Of a stretch of 64,000 nt of DNA, positions 11,358 to 23,904 are shown piece by piece. Location of the stretch: the NCBI RefSeq assembly GCF_000143415.4, contig NW_003314307.1, forward strand, positions 1,423,002 through 1,487,001. The letters run 5' to 3'. This stretch comes from Selaginella moellendorffii (lineage: Eukaryota; Plantae; Lycopodiophyta). Numbering within the stretch: the first letter of the stretch is position 1; each line of letters starts with the position of its first letter. The position numbers and the translations under genes were made by a program. The notes beneath the pieces are model-generated. The model made no database searches. It was not told the DNA's origin and was given only the letters and a program-made list of their open reading frames with translations.

Positions 11358-14247
11358 CTCCTCAACATATCCATAAGCTAAATTTCGTAATGCCGAAGCT
11401 AACGAAGAGCATGTCTACATCAATCCAAAAGCTAAGCATAACAAAATTATGCTCAACAAGTGATCACTAAACGATCCTTCATGAATCCATCTACAGCAAG
11501 ACGTAACTCACTTTATAATATTATCGATCACTAACTCTTCCTCTCATAAAGCTAGCGTAGTTCACGATTGAATCACTTTTCAAAGAAAATCCAAAGCTCA
11601 ACCTCTACTAAAAAATCTCGTCTAGAACACAACTAACTCAACTTGCCACTCAGTTCATTTGAACATTAACACAGTTGCTAACTAGCAAATGCATAAATGC
11701 CAATAACACAAAGCTAAAGCCAAATCATCAACACTATTTTCATCAAGACTAATGAAACTCAATATTAATCCTTGGAAGGATATCTCATTTCACTCGAATC
11801 TCAATATCAACAATGTTAACGACAAGGCATCACTTCAATGCCATCAACACTAGGACAAAGCTAGAAGAAAACAAGAGTGAATCACCACCCAAAGCTCTCT
11901 AGCAACCAAGCTAACCAAAGTCAAAGATACTTTAGCCAGTATCCGAGACTAATCCTCTAACAATACTCAGTTTCAGATAACATGTCATCAAGGAGTGATT
12001 CACCATCCAAGACTCAATGAAATCCAACACGATGAACTAAATGTAACCAAATGATATCAACAGAGGTAGAGTCGATATGTCAACATGGAAAACCCATGCA
12101 AGCCACGACACGATCCTCTGCAACACCACCAGGTAAAGCAAGCCCATCACTGCTAAATCATCACCAAGCAAAGCAAGTGTCAACAGTCCTTGACAAAGTC
12201 TACAAGTAATCACTAGTCGCAAAGCAACTAACAATCACTCCTCAACTTGCCTTCACAAGACCCAAACACCAACTCTTGTCATCAAGTTATATTCTTGTCC
12301 AACATGAATGTGATACCCTAGGTATGAGATAAAATTTCATAGACAAGCACAAACTAAATGACCACTCGAATCCAACTCAACTGCAATAAGTTCACTAAAA
12401 CATTTAGCCACTAGCTCTGAGCATGCCTTGAAGAGGCTAGCTATGCGATCAACACTCAGTTGAAACTAAAGTGAAGACCATGAAATGGACTTATATCGGT
12501 ACACAACTTCCTCATAGACAAAGCTATAGTATGGGTACTAACATTTCAACCTCAAACAACTAAGTTGGACATCACCATCCTCAGCCAAGGTGCAGGGCTA
12601 CCAAGACTAAGTCAAGATCAGTGAGAGTTCACTACTCTTATAGAGTCTCAATGCAAAGTGCAACCTGCCACCGAGCATAACGCTACAAAAGAAAGGCACA
12701 AGGGTCACCCTTCTTAGAAAAGTGCAACGACCACTTTTCTACACCAACTCCAGACTCTATCCAACTCAATTGCCTTAGCCCCAAAAAGTCAGCATCCCTT
12801 TCGGGCCGCATCATACAAACTATCTAGGTTTAAGCCAACCGAAGTTAACTCCAACCTCTTCACTAGTTTGTACTGGCTTACAAAAACGGAATGGTTTTCG
12901 GGCAAAGTGATTAACAGATCAGTCATTGGAAAAGCCTAAGAAAATTTGTGGAAAATTTTCCATTCTAGAGAAAGAATGACTCTCAATCCATCACTACTAG
13001 CAGGTAGGTAGTGAAGCTAGTCTGCCTGCACGAAGTAGCATTAAGGTATCTTTAACTGGATTCTTGGTGATGGTCCATTATGCCACTTTGGGGTTGATCA
13101 TCATTTACCCAAGCAACTTCGTAAATACTTTGCTCATTATTACATGGATATGATATAAATCACAATGACTTGATCATCAATCAAGCAACACTATGAGCAA
13201 TGCCCATGTCACTACTGCAAAGGTTTATGTGAATATCAAGTGCCAACTCGATTCGACAAAATGCAACATAAATGCCATACCCTATCAATAGAGATTTACA
13301 ACACCTAGCACCACTAACTTTTGTTCACGACACAAACAAGCTCATGCCACTCTCTTTCCGACCAAACTCAACACTAATCCAACACCAAGCTACTCAAGGA
13401 GCAATAGCAAGGTTCCCCGGTAAAGAATTGAGCATTGCAACCCAAGTCTTCTAATAGCAAGCCTAGACAAAATAGTATAGCACTTCACCGCTATCCATCC
13501 CACAACTCACCATTGTAAGACCACCATCTCTAACATGCATCAAGATAAGGACTATTGATTGCATGATGTGAACACAAGCAATGAGTTAACACCTCGTTGC
13601 AGATCATCTCTCCAATAAGAGAAAATGATTTACGTATTTGATCCTCCGTCCCCGATGACTCTCTTTTCGGTCTCATCTTTGACCAAACCTCAAACTTGCT
13701 TTCACACTGCCTTCAGTTCAATCGAAGAAAAGTTTATGAGAGAGCACAGCCATGACTACTTGAACCAATAGACTAATCCCTATAGTCTTGATTGATCCAC
13801 TTATAATCATGCCTAGGAAGGATCCACTAGTGCCGTGCTAAACAGCTACAAACTAGCCTATTTGCCACTCATAGCAAACCCAGGGAGGTTTGCTTTCACC
13901 CATGGTACAAGGAATAACTCATGGAACCACTGGAACCACTCATGGAACCACCAATAGGCTAACATTAATCTTGCCAACTTAAAGTGTAACTTCAAGTTGC
14001 TAATGTGCCTCACTTACAAGCCCAAGCGAAAACTCGTGTTAATGGAACAACTTATATCCAACTTATAAGCCCAAGTGCAAGCTCATATAATACGGTACAA
14101 AACGGTAACCAAATCCATACCCAAGGAATGATTGTGAAGTCTTAGCATCCAAACGTGTACCCACTCAGATCATCGTTTTCATCTCTGCGTATGCAACGAG
14201 ACTAGTTGCCCAATCTCATTGAATAGTACTCGCTGAGACTCATCCTC

Positions 14248-15371
14248 TGTAGTGCACGTGGTTTTGACCCTTTATCTTATAGTGATTTACCATAGGATAA
14301 CACCACAAAGTGGAACCTAAACCCTCTTTGTGCCACGTGACAGATGCCACGTGTCACATACCATGTGTCCAAAGGAATGTGGTGCAAAACTCGAGGTTCA
14401 GAGCCTTGGGCCACTGAACAAAGGAACGGTGCCAAACTCCCAAGCGTGAAGCCAAGGAGTGATGGAACCAGATCATGGAGCAACTCCCGAGCATATAGCC
14501 CAATAAGAGCCCGGAGCGACTTGGAATAGTCCTGGAGCAACCAGCATTTCAATGCCAGGACCAGCACGCAAAACGGAGCCAAATGGAGTTTGGCGCTATT
14601 TCGGCATAGCGGTGGCCTAACGTGAGGATATGGGTACTCCACCAGCTAGCATGGAATGGAACTTGGGCTTGGACCCAAGCCGGACGTAGAACAAGGACAA
14701 GCACGCAAGCAGGAATTAGACTATGCCTCAAGTTGATTGGCCATGCCCGACCTACCCACTATCCCTAGGAACCCCCCACAGCCCCCTCCCCCCCCCCCCC
14801 GTGAGGAACACATGCTTTGGGCTTTCACCCCAAGCCTCCTTTAATATCAGGAGTTAGTCTCTGGGACAAGCTTGAAACTTACTAAATATGGAATGGTGCT
14901 AGATTGCGAATTTGGACACGAGACGAACACCATTATGTTCAGGATAATCTCTACATTCCGTAGATATGCCAAATGAGCAAATCTGGACACTTTCCATAAA
15001 TAGCATTTGGGACCAAAATGAGACTAACACAAAGGCCATGATAGTGAGGGCGTTTGGCAGACACGGTAAGTTATCATCTAGCAATATTGAAGGACCAAGT
15101 TCAATGTCACGGGGGTTCCCAACACTAGCAAATGCAAGTCAATGAATGAGTTTCTCTAACCAGGTCAAGTATGCTTGACTAATAGCACTTAGGAATTCCG
15201 TCCTTATGCCCATCTGGTCAAGTGCACACGCGAGGACCAGTTTCTCAACTAGCTTAGGTGGAGACTGATAACGGGTCCAGCAATACCGACCTTCTGCCAT
15301 CGTGGCAGTAAGGTAAGAGTGTCCGTAAGGACTAATCGACAAGTAATTTTCAATACCTGAAGTCACATTCG
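14248..15371 (-). repeat. 5' LTR of non-autonomous element copy 1 (outer terminus clipped, PBS deleted)
   Basis: Matches 1-1032 and 29876-30504. Ends ...CACTACA then GAGGATG with no TTTGGTATCA. Confidence 0.85.
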
Positions 15372-15417
15372 TTAAAGATTAGAACACAAAAGTATAAAGA
15401 AAAAGTAGACTATCTTT

Positions 15418-15795
15418 AACACTTCGTGTGTATAGTGAAATATTTAGACATAGGGTAGTTACTGTCAATTGGTCATATCACCTGTCTCTTTCTTAATGTT
15501 TTTTATTTTGTTTTAAATGGCATGACCGTGTAAACAACTCTAACTACCCATTTACAGTAATCTATCTAAACCTTACTAATGGGTTTGGTTCTCTCTATAT
15601 TATTTGCAAGTAGGGGCATATCATCTTTTGTAACCTGGGTGACACCATGGTGGCTAACTTTATTAGTCATTTCCTTGTTGATGACAATTGGAAAGTGTTT
15701 GAGTTCTAGTGCATTTGCATTAAACAAAAAAATTGCATTTTAACTCATATAAGTCTGATGCACTTCTCCCAAAGTGTACCAGTGTTGAACTTCTC
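15418..15795 (+). repeat. Older degenerate fragment of the LTR-element 3' UTR
   Basis: Similar to 34970-35370 (e.g. GACCGTGTAAACAACTCTAACT, CATTTCCTTGT). Confidence 0.7.
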
Positions 15796-15801
15796 CTTGC
15801 A

Positions 15802-16516
15802 TCACAAACTTGTACTCTGTCTTCCTTCCGGACTAACAATCACCTGCAGTGCAAGGATATGTAACACTCGCTGCTTGTTTACCCACGCTAGCACGCCATC
15901 GACATACTTGAACGAGTACTTCCTAGGCAACATGTATCTTCCTGCTTCCATTGATATGGCCTGATCACTGCTGGTTCACCCTTTAAAGCCTCCAGCTTGA
16001 ACACTTCGATTTGTTCCCCTTGGAAGTTCAACCCGATAGCCTCTCCGACAAAACCCTCGCAAGCCCACCCGACTTCCGGCCAAATCACGTTGGCTTTCTT
16101 GAGTTTGTGCAGAAGGTTGTTCTTGAACTCTAGTGAGCGATAGACTGTGCCCTTCAAGCGCTCTAAAGCCGCTTCTCCATGTACTGCATGGAGATAGTTG
16201 GTGCAAAAAGATCCATTGTGAACATGGCCCTTGAACACAGATGCAGGATCTCTAAGCTTCTCTACCTCCCCTGCGTACCTGTTCTTGATGTAGTCTCGGA
16301 TGGATTCAAAGGGCTCAGCTGCCCTGAAGTTAAGCAGGACCATTTCCACTCTCTCTTTTCGTCCAGGTACTTCTCTGGGCTTTCCCTGTAGATTTCATTT
16401 CCCATACCCGGATCCAGCATAGGAATGCCCAAACGTCTCTTCTTGCTGAAGAATGTCTGTGTGATGCCTTCAACGTATCCTTTACAAGCTTTGTCTAGGA
16501 AGAACAGGGACATCGG
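15802..16516 (-). pseudogene. Frameshifted Crinkler-type (CR) effector C-terminus with restriction-endonuclease-like motifs
   Basis: Three frames join into ...GWACEGFV...YMLPRKYSFKYVDGVLAWVNKQRVLHILALQVIV. This resembles the E...P...D...LQxT pattern of CR-REase domains (family call is inference). Confidence 0.5.
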
Positions 16517-16605
16517 GTGCTTGCCATCATAAAGCATAACATCCGCCTTGACAGTGTAAGCCAGAAGCTCCCAAGGGGCAGAGCTGATTATTGTGTAAGC
16601 TCCAG

Positions 16606-17379
16606 GTTGAGGAAGAAATTGTGAAACTGGATGCATCAAACTCCGTTACCACAGCATTCAGGTAACAAAAACCGCGATCTTCTCTGTATATAATCGTTAT
16701 ATGGTTGCAGCGACGTCTCTGCAAACTTGACATCCGAGTTGATTGCCGTGAAAACTGTCTACCCGTCCCTGTGGCTCGCAAATTTCTTCTCCTTCAAGGT
16801 AGAAGACCCGAAAGGCTGTGTCCATCGCTTCACTTGCGGTACCTTGGTCTATCCGCGTCATCATCGTCACTATCAGTGTCACGCAGGGACACAAAGCCTT
16901 GAAGAGGTCCTTGCAACAGTTTCGGTCCGGATTGGCTGCGAGGACGACAGCCTCCAACTCTTGGTAAATCCGGTGGTAGCGTCGAGTCCATTGATTTGAT
17001 ATATCCAGGTTGACATGGGCAGTACAAAGACGATGAGGGCGACTTGATACTTTTGTCCAGCGACAACGACTTGGCGCTGGCCGTGGCCTCCGCAAAAGCT
17101 TACGGAATGAAGGTACAGTATAGCTCGAGTTTTCAAAGATAAACACACTCGCTTTCTTTCACTCGCCTCTCGCAGGTATTGAGGCTTTACGTCGACTGCC
17201 CACACACGGCGGGCAAGCTGTGCAGATGGAAATCGCTTCGCAGGACGGTGATTGCATCCATTCTGGTGATCGTTGGCCTTGGCTTCCTCATCCATGCAAG
17301 ACAGACTGGCAACGAGCCATGGAAGCTCGCCTGGAACCGGGTTCTCAGCTTTAGGCAGCGGCAAGAAGAAGATCTGTGA
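16606..17379 (+). CDS. PB1 domain plus C-terminal TM protein (3' exons of a CBSCBSPB-like gene; 5' end not found)
   Basis: Spliced exons read FSFKVEDPKGCVHRFTCG | TQSLEEVLATVSVRIG | YKDDEGDLILLSSDNDLALAV | VLRLYVD...TM (VIASILVIVGLGFLI); GT-AG introns in phase. Confidence 0.7.
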
Positions 17380-17576
17380 CATCACTTGATGCTATAACAA
17401 CCGTATCTCCTTCTTTGACGATGTTACTACCTGGTTTAAATCCCAAAAGCTTCGTTGACAAAACAGTAGCTCAAGCTGACCTCTGGCTTCTCCAGCGTAA
17501 ACGATCAGAATACCATAGCAAAGTCGGGCACTTGTTGTGATTCAAAGCTCACTTCTATGGCGGCACAAAGCGAACA

Positions 17577-19704
17577 TCAGTACTCATGTTGCTTTCCAAC
17601 TCGTTGCTCTCGAAAGTGACGAAGTAGCGCCAGTGCCTAGACACATTTCCGTATCAAAAAATCCCTCTGTGAGCGTAGAAAGAAAGATGAAGTACCTTAT
17701 CTTTGCCTCGTGGTGTGCCCGCGAGAGATAACGCATGCAACGGTGGCACCGCGCCTTCCTGCAACACCATTGCTCGGTGCTTGCTACTGTTGATGCAGAG
17801 ATGGAGCAGAGCAGCCGCGGCATTCTCTTGTCCTCGCAGGGAGCCCGTCTCCACCACCTGGACCAGCGCGATGATGCCTCCTTCCTCGGCGATGGACACT
17901 CTCCCTTCTGGCACAGTTGACAGATTCGCCAGTATGGCAACCGCTTTGTCCACCATGCCCGTCGCAGCTTGCGAGGCCAGCTCCACCAGCGGCCTGATAG
18001 CTCCAGCTCTGACCATCCTCGGCTTGTTGTCGTGAGAGGTTGAGAGGTTGAAGAGCGCCGTTGCTGCGTCCTTCTTGCCACCGGGGCTGCCGCTTGCCAG
18101 CAGTTCCACCAGAGGAGATATCGCACCCGCGGCACCAATCACTTCCTTGTTGTTGTCCACCACGGAAAGGTTGAAGAGCGTAGCGGCAGCGTTCTCCACT
18201 GCTGCGCTGCTTCCCGCTTTCAACACCCTCACCAGTGGATCGATGGCACCCGCCCGGGAGATCTCCGCCTTGTTGTTGTCGTTGATGGAGAGGTTCAAGA
18301 GAGCTGTCACGGCGATTTCCTGGGTTTGCTCGTCACCATCGTCTAATAACGCGATCAGAGGCCTCACGGCACCGGCCTCGACAACCAATATCCTGCTCTG
18401 TATGTCGTCTTTAGCCAGCAGGCGTAGCTCTGCCGCCGCGTACTTGCGAGCTCCAGCAAACGGAGAGCTCAAATCAGTCACCAAGTTCGTAATGAGTTGC
18501 TCGAAAGCCTGCGACGTCTTACCACTTCTTGTCACCCTGTCCTGAAAGCTGTTATGCCGTCTGTCGAGCTCCAGTAAGGAATGAAAGCGAGAAGCTCGCC
18601 CCAGGGACTTGGTTTGCCTGTAGTAGCGGCCACTGGCCGCGTTCCTTGCACAGCCCACATTTTTCTCAAGAGCAGCAGCCTCAGGAGTAGTTGGAGCAAC
18701 GTTGTTTGCTTCACACCAGCTTGTGATGAGCGCCTTGACCGTATAGTTTGGTATCAAGTTGTCATGCGGCAAAGGTTGGCGTGTCTTTGGACACGAAAAG
18801 TTTCCCTGCTCCAGCCACCTCTGGATATAAGCTCTCTCGTATGTCTGCCCCGAGGCCACAATCACCGGATCCACCATCAGCTCCAAAGAAAGGGGACACC
18901 TGAAATTTGCTGGGATAGGCACACCCCAAGCCTTGTCATCGTCGTCTATTTCGCTCAGCAGTTGAGTGAAGAGCAACAAGACGTCCTGTATCTCGGCCTT
19001 TTGGTCCTCCGAGGCAGCATTCTCCCCCTCTCTCTGCAAAGCTTCCAGTTCCTTCCCTAGGCTATTGTTGCATCTGATGCCCACCTTGCTTGCAATGCTC
19101 TGGAGCTTGTTTCTCCCAGCGGCTTTCCCATGTCTATGTTGCAAGAGCATTGTGTCGATTTCCTCGGCTAGCCTGCCATCGGACACGTCTACAAAGTAGC
19201 TACTATTTCCACCAGCCTGCAAGACTGTCGTTTCGTTAAGGAGTGTTACCATCTGTAAAGAATGTGAGAGGTGCTTGCCTTGTGAGGAAAATTCTTCAAG
19301 GCGTGCTCGATTTGCAGCGTCACATCCTTAAATCTTGTAGTCAAGAGCTGGCAACGCCATACCTGGAAGGAAATCTCGGTACTAAGCTAACTTTTCAAGG
19401 CTTTCACTAGTAAGCTTACCTTGTATATCTTGCTTCCCGACATGTCCAACAAGACCTTAGCTCCTTGAAGCGCATTTTCAAGAGATCCAGCCCTTTCTCC
19501 TGCGATCGCAGATGAATCCCCCTCAGCCAGCACTGGCGCTACGGACTTGAGATACACTAGAAGCTGCAGCTGATGCGAGGATAGCGAGTCCCTGCCAGAA
19601 GAAGCAGTAGAAGAGCCGCTGTCGCCGCCATGTTCGCAGCCAGCTATCAAACCCCGTAGCACGCCAGAAATTCGGGCGTGCGCAGTGCCACGATTCGCCT
19701 CCAT
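17577..19704 (-). CDS. U-box/ARM-repeat E3 ubiquitin ligase (PUB2/3/4-like)
   Basis: U-box IPANFRCPLSLELMVDPVIVASGQTYER...PNYTVKALI and ARM repeats (GKKDAATALFNLS). Four exons, including a probable GC-AG intron about 19278-19218; last exon ALALLRHFREQRVGKQHEY*. Confidence 0.92.
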
Positions 19705-21479
19705 TCCCGAAATATCCGAAGTATTTCTTTCCCGCGCTCACCACCTGGACTATAGGGAAGTTGTGTGGAGGAGCATTCTCACTCCATACCCACTCACCCT
19801 GGGAAGGCCGATCGAGGCGAGGGGATCCATTGGCGGCGATGCAAACCCTACTGCTAGCGCTGTGCTCCGCTGTGGAGCTGCCGAGGGCGGCAATTCGTAT
19901 AAAATAACAAACGTACAAAAAACAACACGATTCTTTGTGCTTAAGAAAAGAATCTCATTTAAAAAAGCTATAATATGAATAATTGGTTTGCTTAAGCAAA
20001 CCTGTGGTGGTAGTGGATATACCTAAAATATTCTTGAATTTTGGGATATTTTACCATCTAACGATTGTTATTTATTTAGATTAATTTTTTTATTTTTTAT
20101 TTATAATAATTTTATAATTTATAAAAATTAAATACTTATTATATTTTATTTTTCTGTGAAGGAATATTTTAAAAGTCTTAATAGTTGTTGTGTTTATAAA
20201 TTATAAACATGCATTTGATCATTTGGATTAATAAATTGTAAACTAGATAGACAACAGGAATAATTGCTTTGATAATATATAGGCAGAAAGAAATGAGTTT
20301 ATGATTGCTTTGATCTACTAATTATCATGGATGGATTGCTCACTACCAACAAAGGAACTAGAAGAAAGCATTATATTTTGTAATGAGATAGAATTTATTT
20401 ATGAAGAGATGGGTTTGAGCTTGCTCAACTTAAAAGTGAGTGAGTAAACACAAAATGTGATTTAAAAATAAAAATTTGAAGTTTTCTTCATTCTTTTGTA
20501 AATCCTATGGCAACTGATTTGTGGCACCAAGGTTCGCAGCAACCAAACCTTGCCTTGTAAAACTTCAATTGTACTTTTTGCTACATAATAAGAATCTGGC
20601 TGGTTGATGAATTATTATGTCACAATTTTATGACTTTGAAATAATGAAAAATATCACCAAGTTGTTGACAAGTCTAAGAATTTGGAGCATGATAAACAAC
20701 TTCTGGAAGAGGAAACTTAATCTCACTTGAGGCTCAAAGCAAAATATTGATTATATATCAAAACCACAGCATAACTATTTTATGCGTTGCACTTACAATT
20801 GGCAATAGCTTCTAGCGTCATAATGGATTAGGGTGCCATTTTGGTTTACCCTAAATTGAGCACACAGCAATGCCACAGTTCGACAATTCTTTGTCTTGTC
20901 ATCATAGACAATGTTAAAAGCTTACCACTAACTACAATCTTTGTTCCAAAAGAAGTATAAAATATATCAAACAATTCAATGTACTAGAAATAGAGTACAA
21001 TAAGGACATACTTTTGAGGTAAGAAAGCATTAATACATAGAAAAACCATGACAACTTAATAATTTCTACTTCAACCACGGAAATGGACAATAATGGTAGA
21101 CTCGAGCAAAAAGAAAAAGAAAATAAATTGCTTACATTTTTCCTTTTCTTTTTTCACTTTTTTATAATTTCAATGTTATATCAACACTTCCTTCACGACA
21201 ACTATGTGTGTATCTAAGAAGATATGTAGCTAGAGAACAAAGAAGATTAGAAGGCATGCAACTGTGCATTTCTTCTTTTAACTTTTTTACAATTTCAATG
21301 ACACCTAGTTAATCTCCAGGGCTGCTAGTCTCAAAGTTGCAGTATAAGCAAGATCCAATTATAGTGTCAGTTTACACTTGACAAGCTTGTTGCAGCCATT
21401 ACTGGTCACATTTTGGTAGCATAAATGAATCTTAATTTCATAGATGCATCGTTATCAAGTTAAGAAAATTATGAAGAAT

Positions 21480-21760
21480 ATGAGAGGTGCTTCTCTTGTA
21501 GAATTTGAAGTGCATTTTCAAGTGATTGAGCCTTTCTCTTGTGATTCCGGATGAATCAGAAGCTGCAGTTGATTCAACAATAGCGAGTGCCTTTCAAAGA
21601 AGCAGTAGAAGATCCATTGTCGCCGCCATGTTTACAAATCAAACCCCGTGGCATACTATAAAAAATTCCATGTGCATGCCATGATTCAGCCGATCAAATG
21701 CACACTTAAGGGGAAGGGAACTCATCTGAAGCATTCAGACTAGAGGCGGTGGCGATGCAA
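21480..21760 (-). pseudogene. Decayed duplicate of the 5' part of the U-box gene
   Basis: Blocks such as AGAAGCAGTAGAAG, TGTCGCCGCCATGTT, ATCAAACCCCGT and GCATTTTCAAG match 19265-19845 in the same order, with deletions. Confidence 0.7.
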
Positions 21761-21889
21761 CTCATTTTATTACCTTTGGCCTGTCCACCCTATCTACGTA
21801 TAAGTTTTTCTTTTGCTATGTACACCTGGTATAATATCTACTTTATAGTTGCAGGCTAGCTGAGGAAATCAATGTGATGCTCTTGGAAC

Positions 21890-22173
21890 ATAGATATGGT
21901 GTTATTATAACAGACTTCTGCCATGTCCAAATGCTCAACCCAGTTGCATTGGTCCGGTGCGACATAGTACCATAGATAATCCTCAACTTGAGCATTCACA
22001 CATTTGGTTTGCTTATCAGTTTGAGGATGATAAGTTGTACTAAACTTCAACTTGGTACCAAATAACTGGAACAATGTAGTAACACTCTCTCCTACCATCA
22101 TGGCAGTAAGAGAGAGTGTCTACAAAGACGAATAGACAAATATCTTTTGATACCCAAAGTCATATTTGTGACA
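21890..22173 (-). mobile_element. Chromovirus remnant: first ~90 bp of an LTR fused to an integrase fragment
   Basis: Minus strand TGTCACAAATATGACTTTGGGTATC... joins [21 protein letters not shown]...WVEHLDMAEVCYNN, homologous to 8995-9170. Confidence 0.85.
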
Positions 22174-22459
22174 TCAAACACTTGACAAAGTGGTACAATG
22201 TTATAAAATATTGCTTCTTTCACTTCTTATTGCATGTTCTTCAGCTCCATTTCTTATGGGAGATGGTTTTGTTTTAATGGAGGTTGTTGTTATTACTGCT
22301 CATGTTCAAGAACAAGGGCAAAGATAAGGTTGTAGCTGAGATGTCTATTGTTGGGTGTGTGATGAAACTCTTGACATATATTATAGCTGTTGGCATTTTC
22401 TAAATTAGTATTCATTTCTTATGTGGAAGTCCTACCATATTAGGGATGTTGCCATGGAA

Positions 22460-23500
22460 GGATGAAACACAAATCCCTAAGCCCCAAAAGNNNNNNNNNN
22501 NNNNNNNNNNNNNNNNNNNNNNNNNNNNNNNNNNNNNNNNNNNNNNNNNNNNNNNNNNNNNNNNNNNNNNNNNNNNNNNNNNNNNNNNNNATACGGCTGT
22601 TGGGTGAAGCCCAAAGCGATCATCCCCCCACGGGGCTAGTGTGACATAGGAAAGCTATACTCAGGTGTTAGGTGATGATATATCCACTGAAGAGTCCAAA
22701 GTTAAAGTGAATATAGATAGACAAGCGGGGTAGCTTGGTGAAGTGTTCAAGAGTTAACTATAGTTCCCCCGGGAAATCGAATGATTAATGCTCCCAATCT
22801 AAGTGTGGGTGGCACTACCTACTTGGATACCTGGCGTGGCTCAATGGAACCTCGCTCTAGGCCTATGGCTAGAGCACCCAAAAGCAAAAGGTGGGGAAAG
22901 TACCTATGAGGCTCGTGTAGGGCCATGGGGTTCCAAAATGTTGTCCCAAAGTCCTGGACTGTGGAAAGGAGAAGGACCAATCCTCTTGTGTAGTGACCAA
23001 GGATACAGTCACATGGTGAGGAAGTCCTAGAGGATAGTAGGACTTAGTGGTCGGGCCTATGGGCCTTGACCCAATGACAGTGCTAGCAAACACGGCTATG
23101 GACAGGACGAGACTTGGTGGAGACTGAAAAAGGGATATTGGGGAAGGCTATTCCCCATGTTTATGGGCATCCTAAGGATGCTAAGGAGTGGATTTGAGAT
23201 GATAACTCCTGGATGGATAGTCTAATCTTTGAGAGATAGAACTATGATGTAGATGCTGTTAGATTACCTGTGTGACAAAGGTGAATGAGTATGGCTTTAG
23301 CATAATATGTTGATATATCAGTAGTACCTTTGGGTGTCGGTTATGGGATCGGACATGTGGAACACTTGGATCAAGTGTAAAAGTTGAGTGGCATGGATGC
23401 CATTCTCGAGGCTAGCAAGCCCCAAGTCTAGAATATGACTTATGGAAGTTGTGAGTGAGACTCCTCCAAGTGGTCGAAGGTGTGGTTAAGTGACTAAAGT
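22460..23500 (+). mobile_element. Degenerate LTR of the satellite-bearing group spanning the assembly gap (right boundary approximate)
   Basis: 22460-22490 resembles the LTR start at 35371; GGGTGAAGCCCAAAGC follows the gap; 22770-22870 is similar to 3060-3150. Confidence 0.55.
22491..22590. other. Assembly gap (100 N)
   Basis: Run of N. Confidence 1.
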
Positions 23501-23904
23501 AGAATGGAAAATTTAGTTGTTTATAAGAGGTCTTGATTTAAATATTCTTTCAAAAAATGCGAAGTTGTATGAGTAGTGGGGGGTCCTTACTTGAATAAGT
23601 TAGTGACCCCCTATCCTTTTTTCTAGAGTACCATAAAAGGGTTCACTTAGCACTAATTCATCTAGTGTTTACTTTTCAAACTTATTTTTATAATAAGAGG
23701 TTTGTTATTATTCTCTTTGTGTTAGTTGATATGGGCTTGAGTTTAACTTTTAATACTTAGTGTGTTGCCACATATTGCTGTCTATAGTTGTGTTACATGG
23801 TAAAACCAATCTTCATTCTTTATGGCAATAGCTATACACGTGTATTTTCACGGGATGAGGTGGACTTAATTATGCATGTAGGTGATTTCAAACTTAAGGT
23901 AAAT

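Larger units (their letters stand above)
1..15371 (-). mobile_element. Non-autonomous (LARD-like) LTR retrotransposon, copy 1; host of nested insertions
   Basis: LTRs at 14248-15371 and 1-1032 on the minus strand, PPT at 1033-1044. Once the inserts at 2430-3588 and 3728-11357 are removed, the ORF-less interior is collinear (reverse complement) with 30505-35370. Confidence 0.85.

Noticed and set aside
20250-20800. Possible decayed hAT/DUF659 transposase fragment
   Set aside because: Only a vague IMDG-like stretch; no further motifs or termini could be supported.
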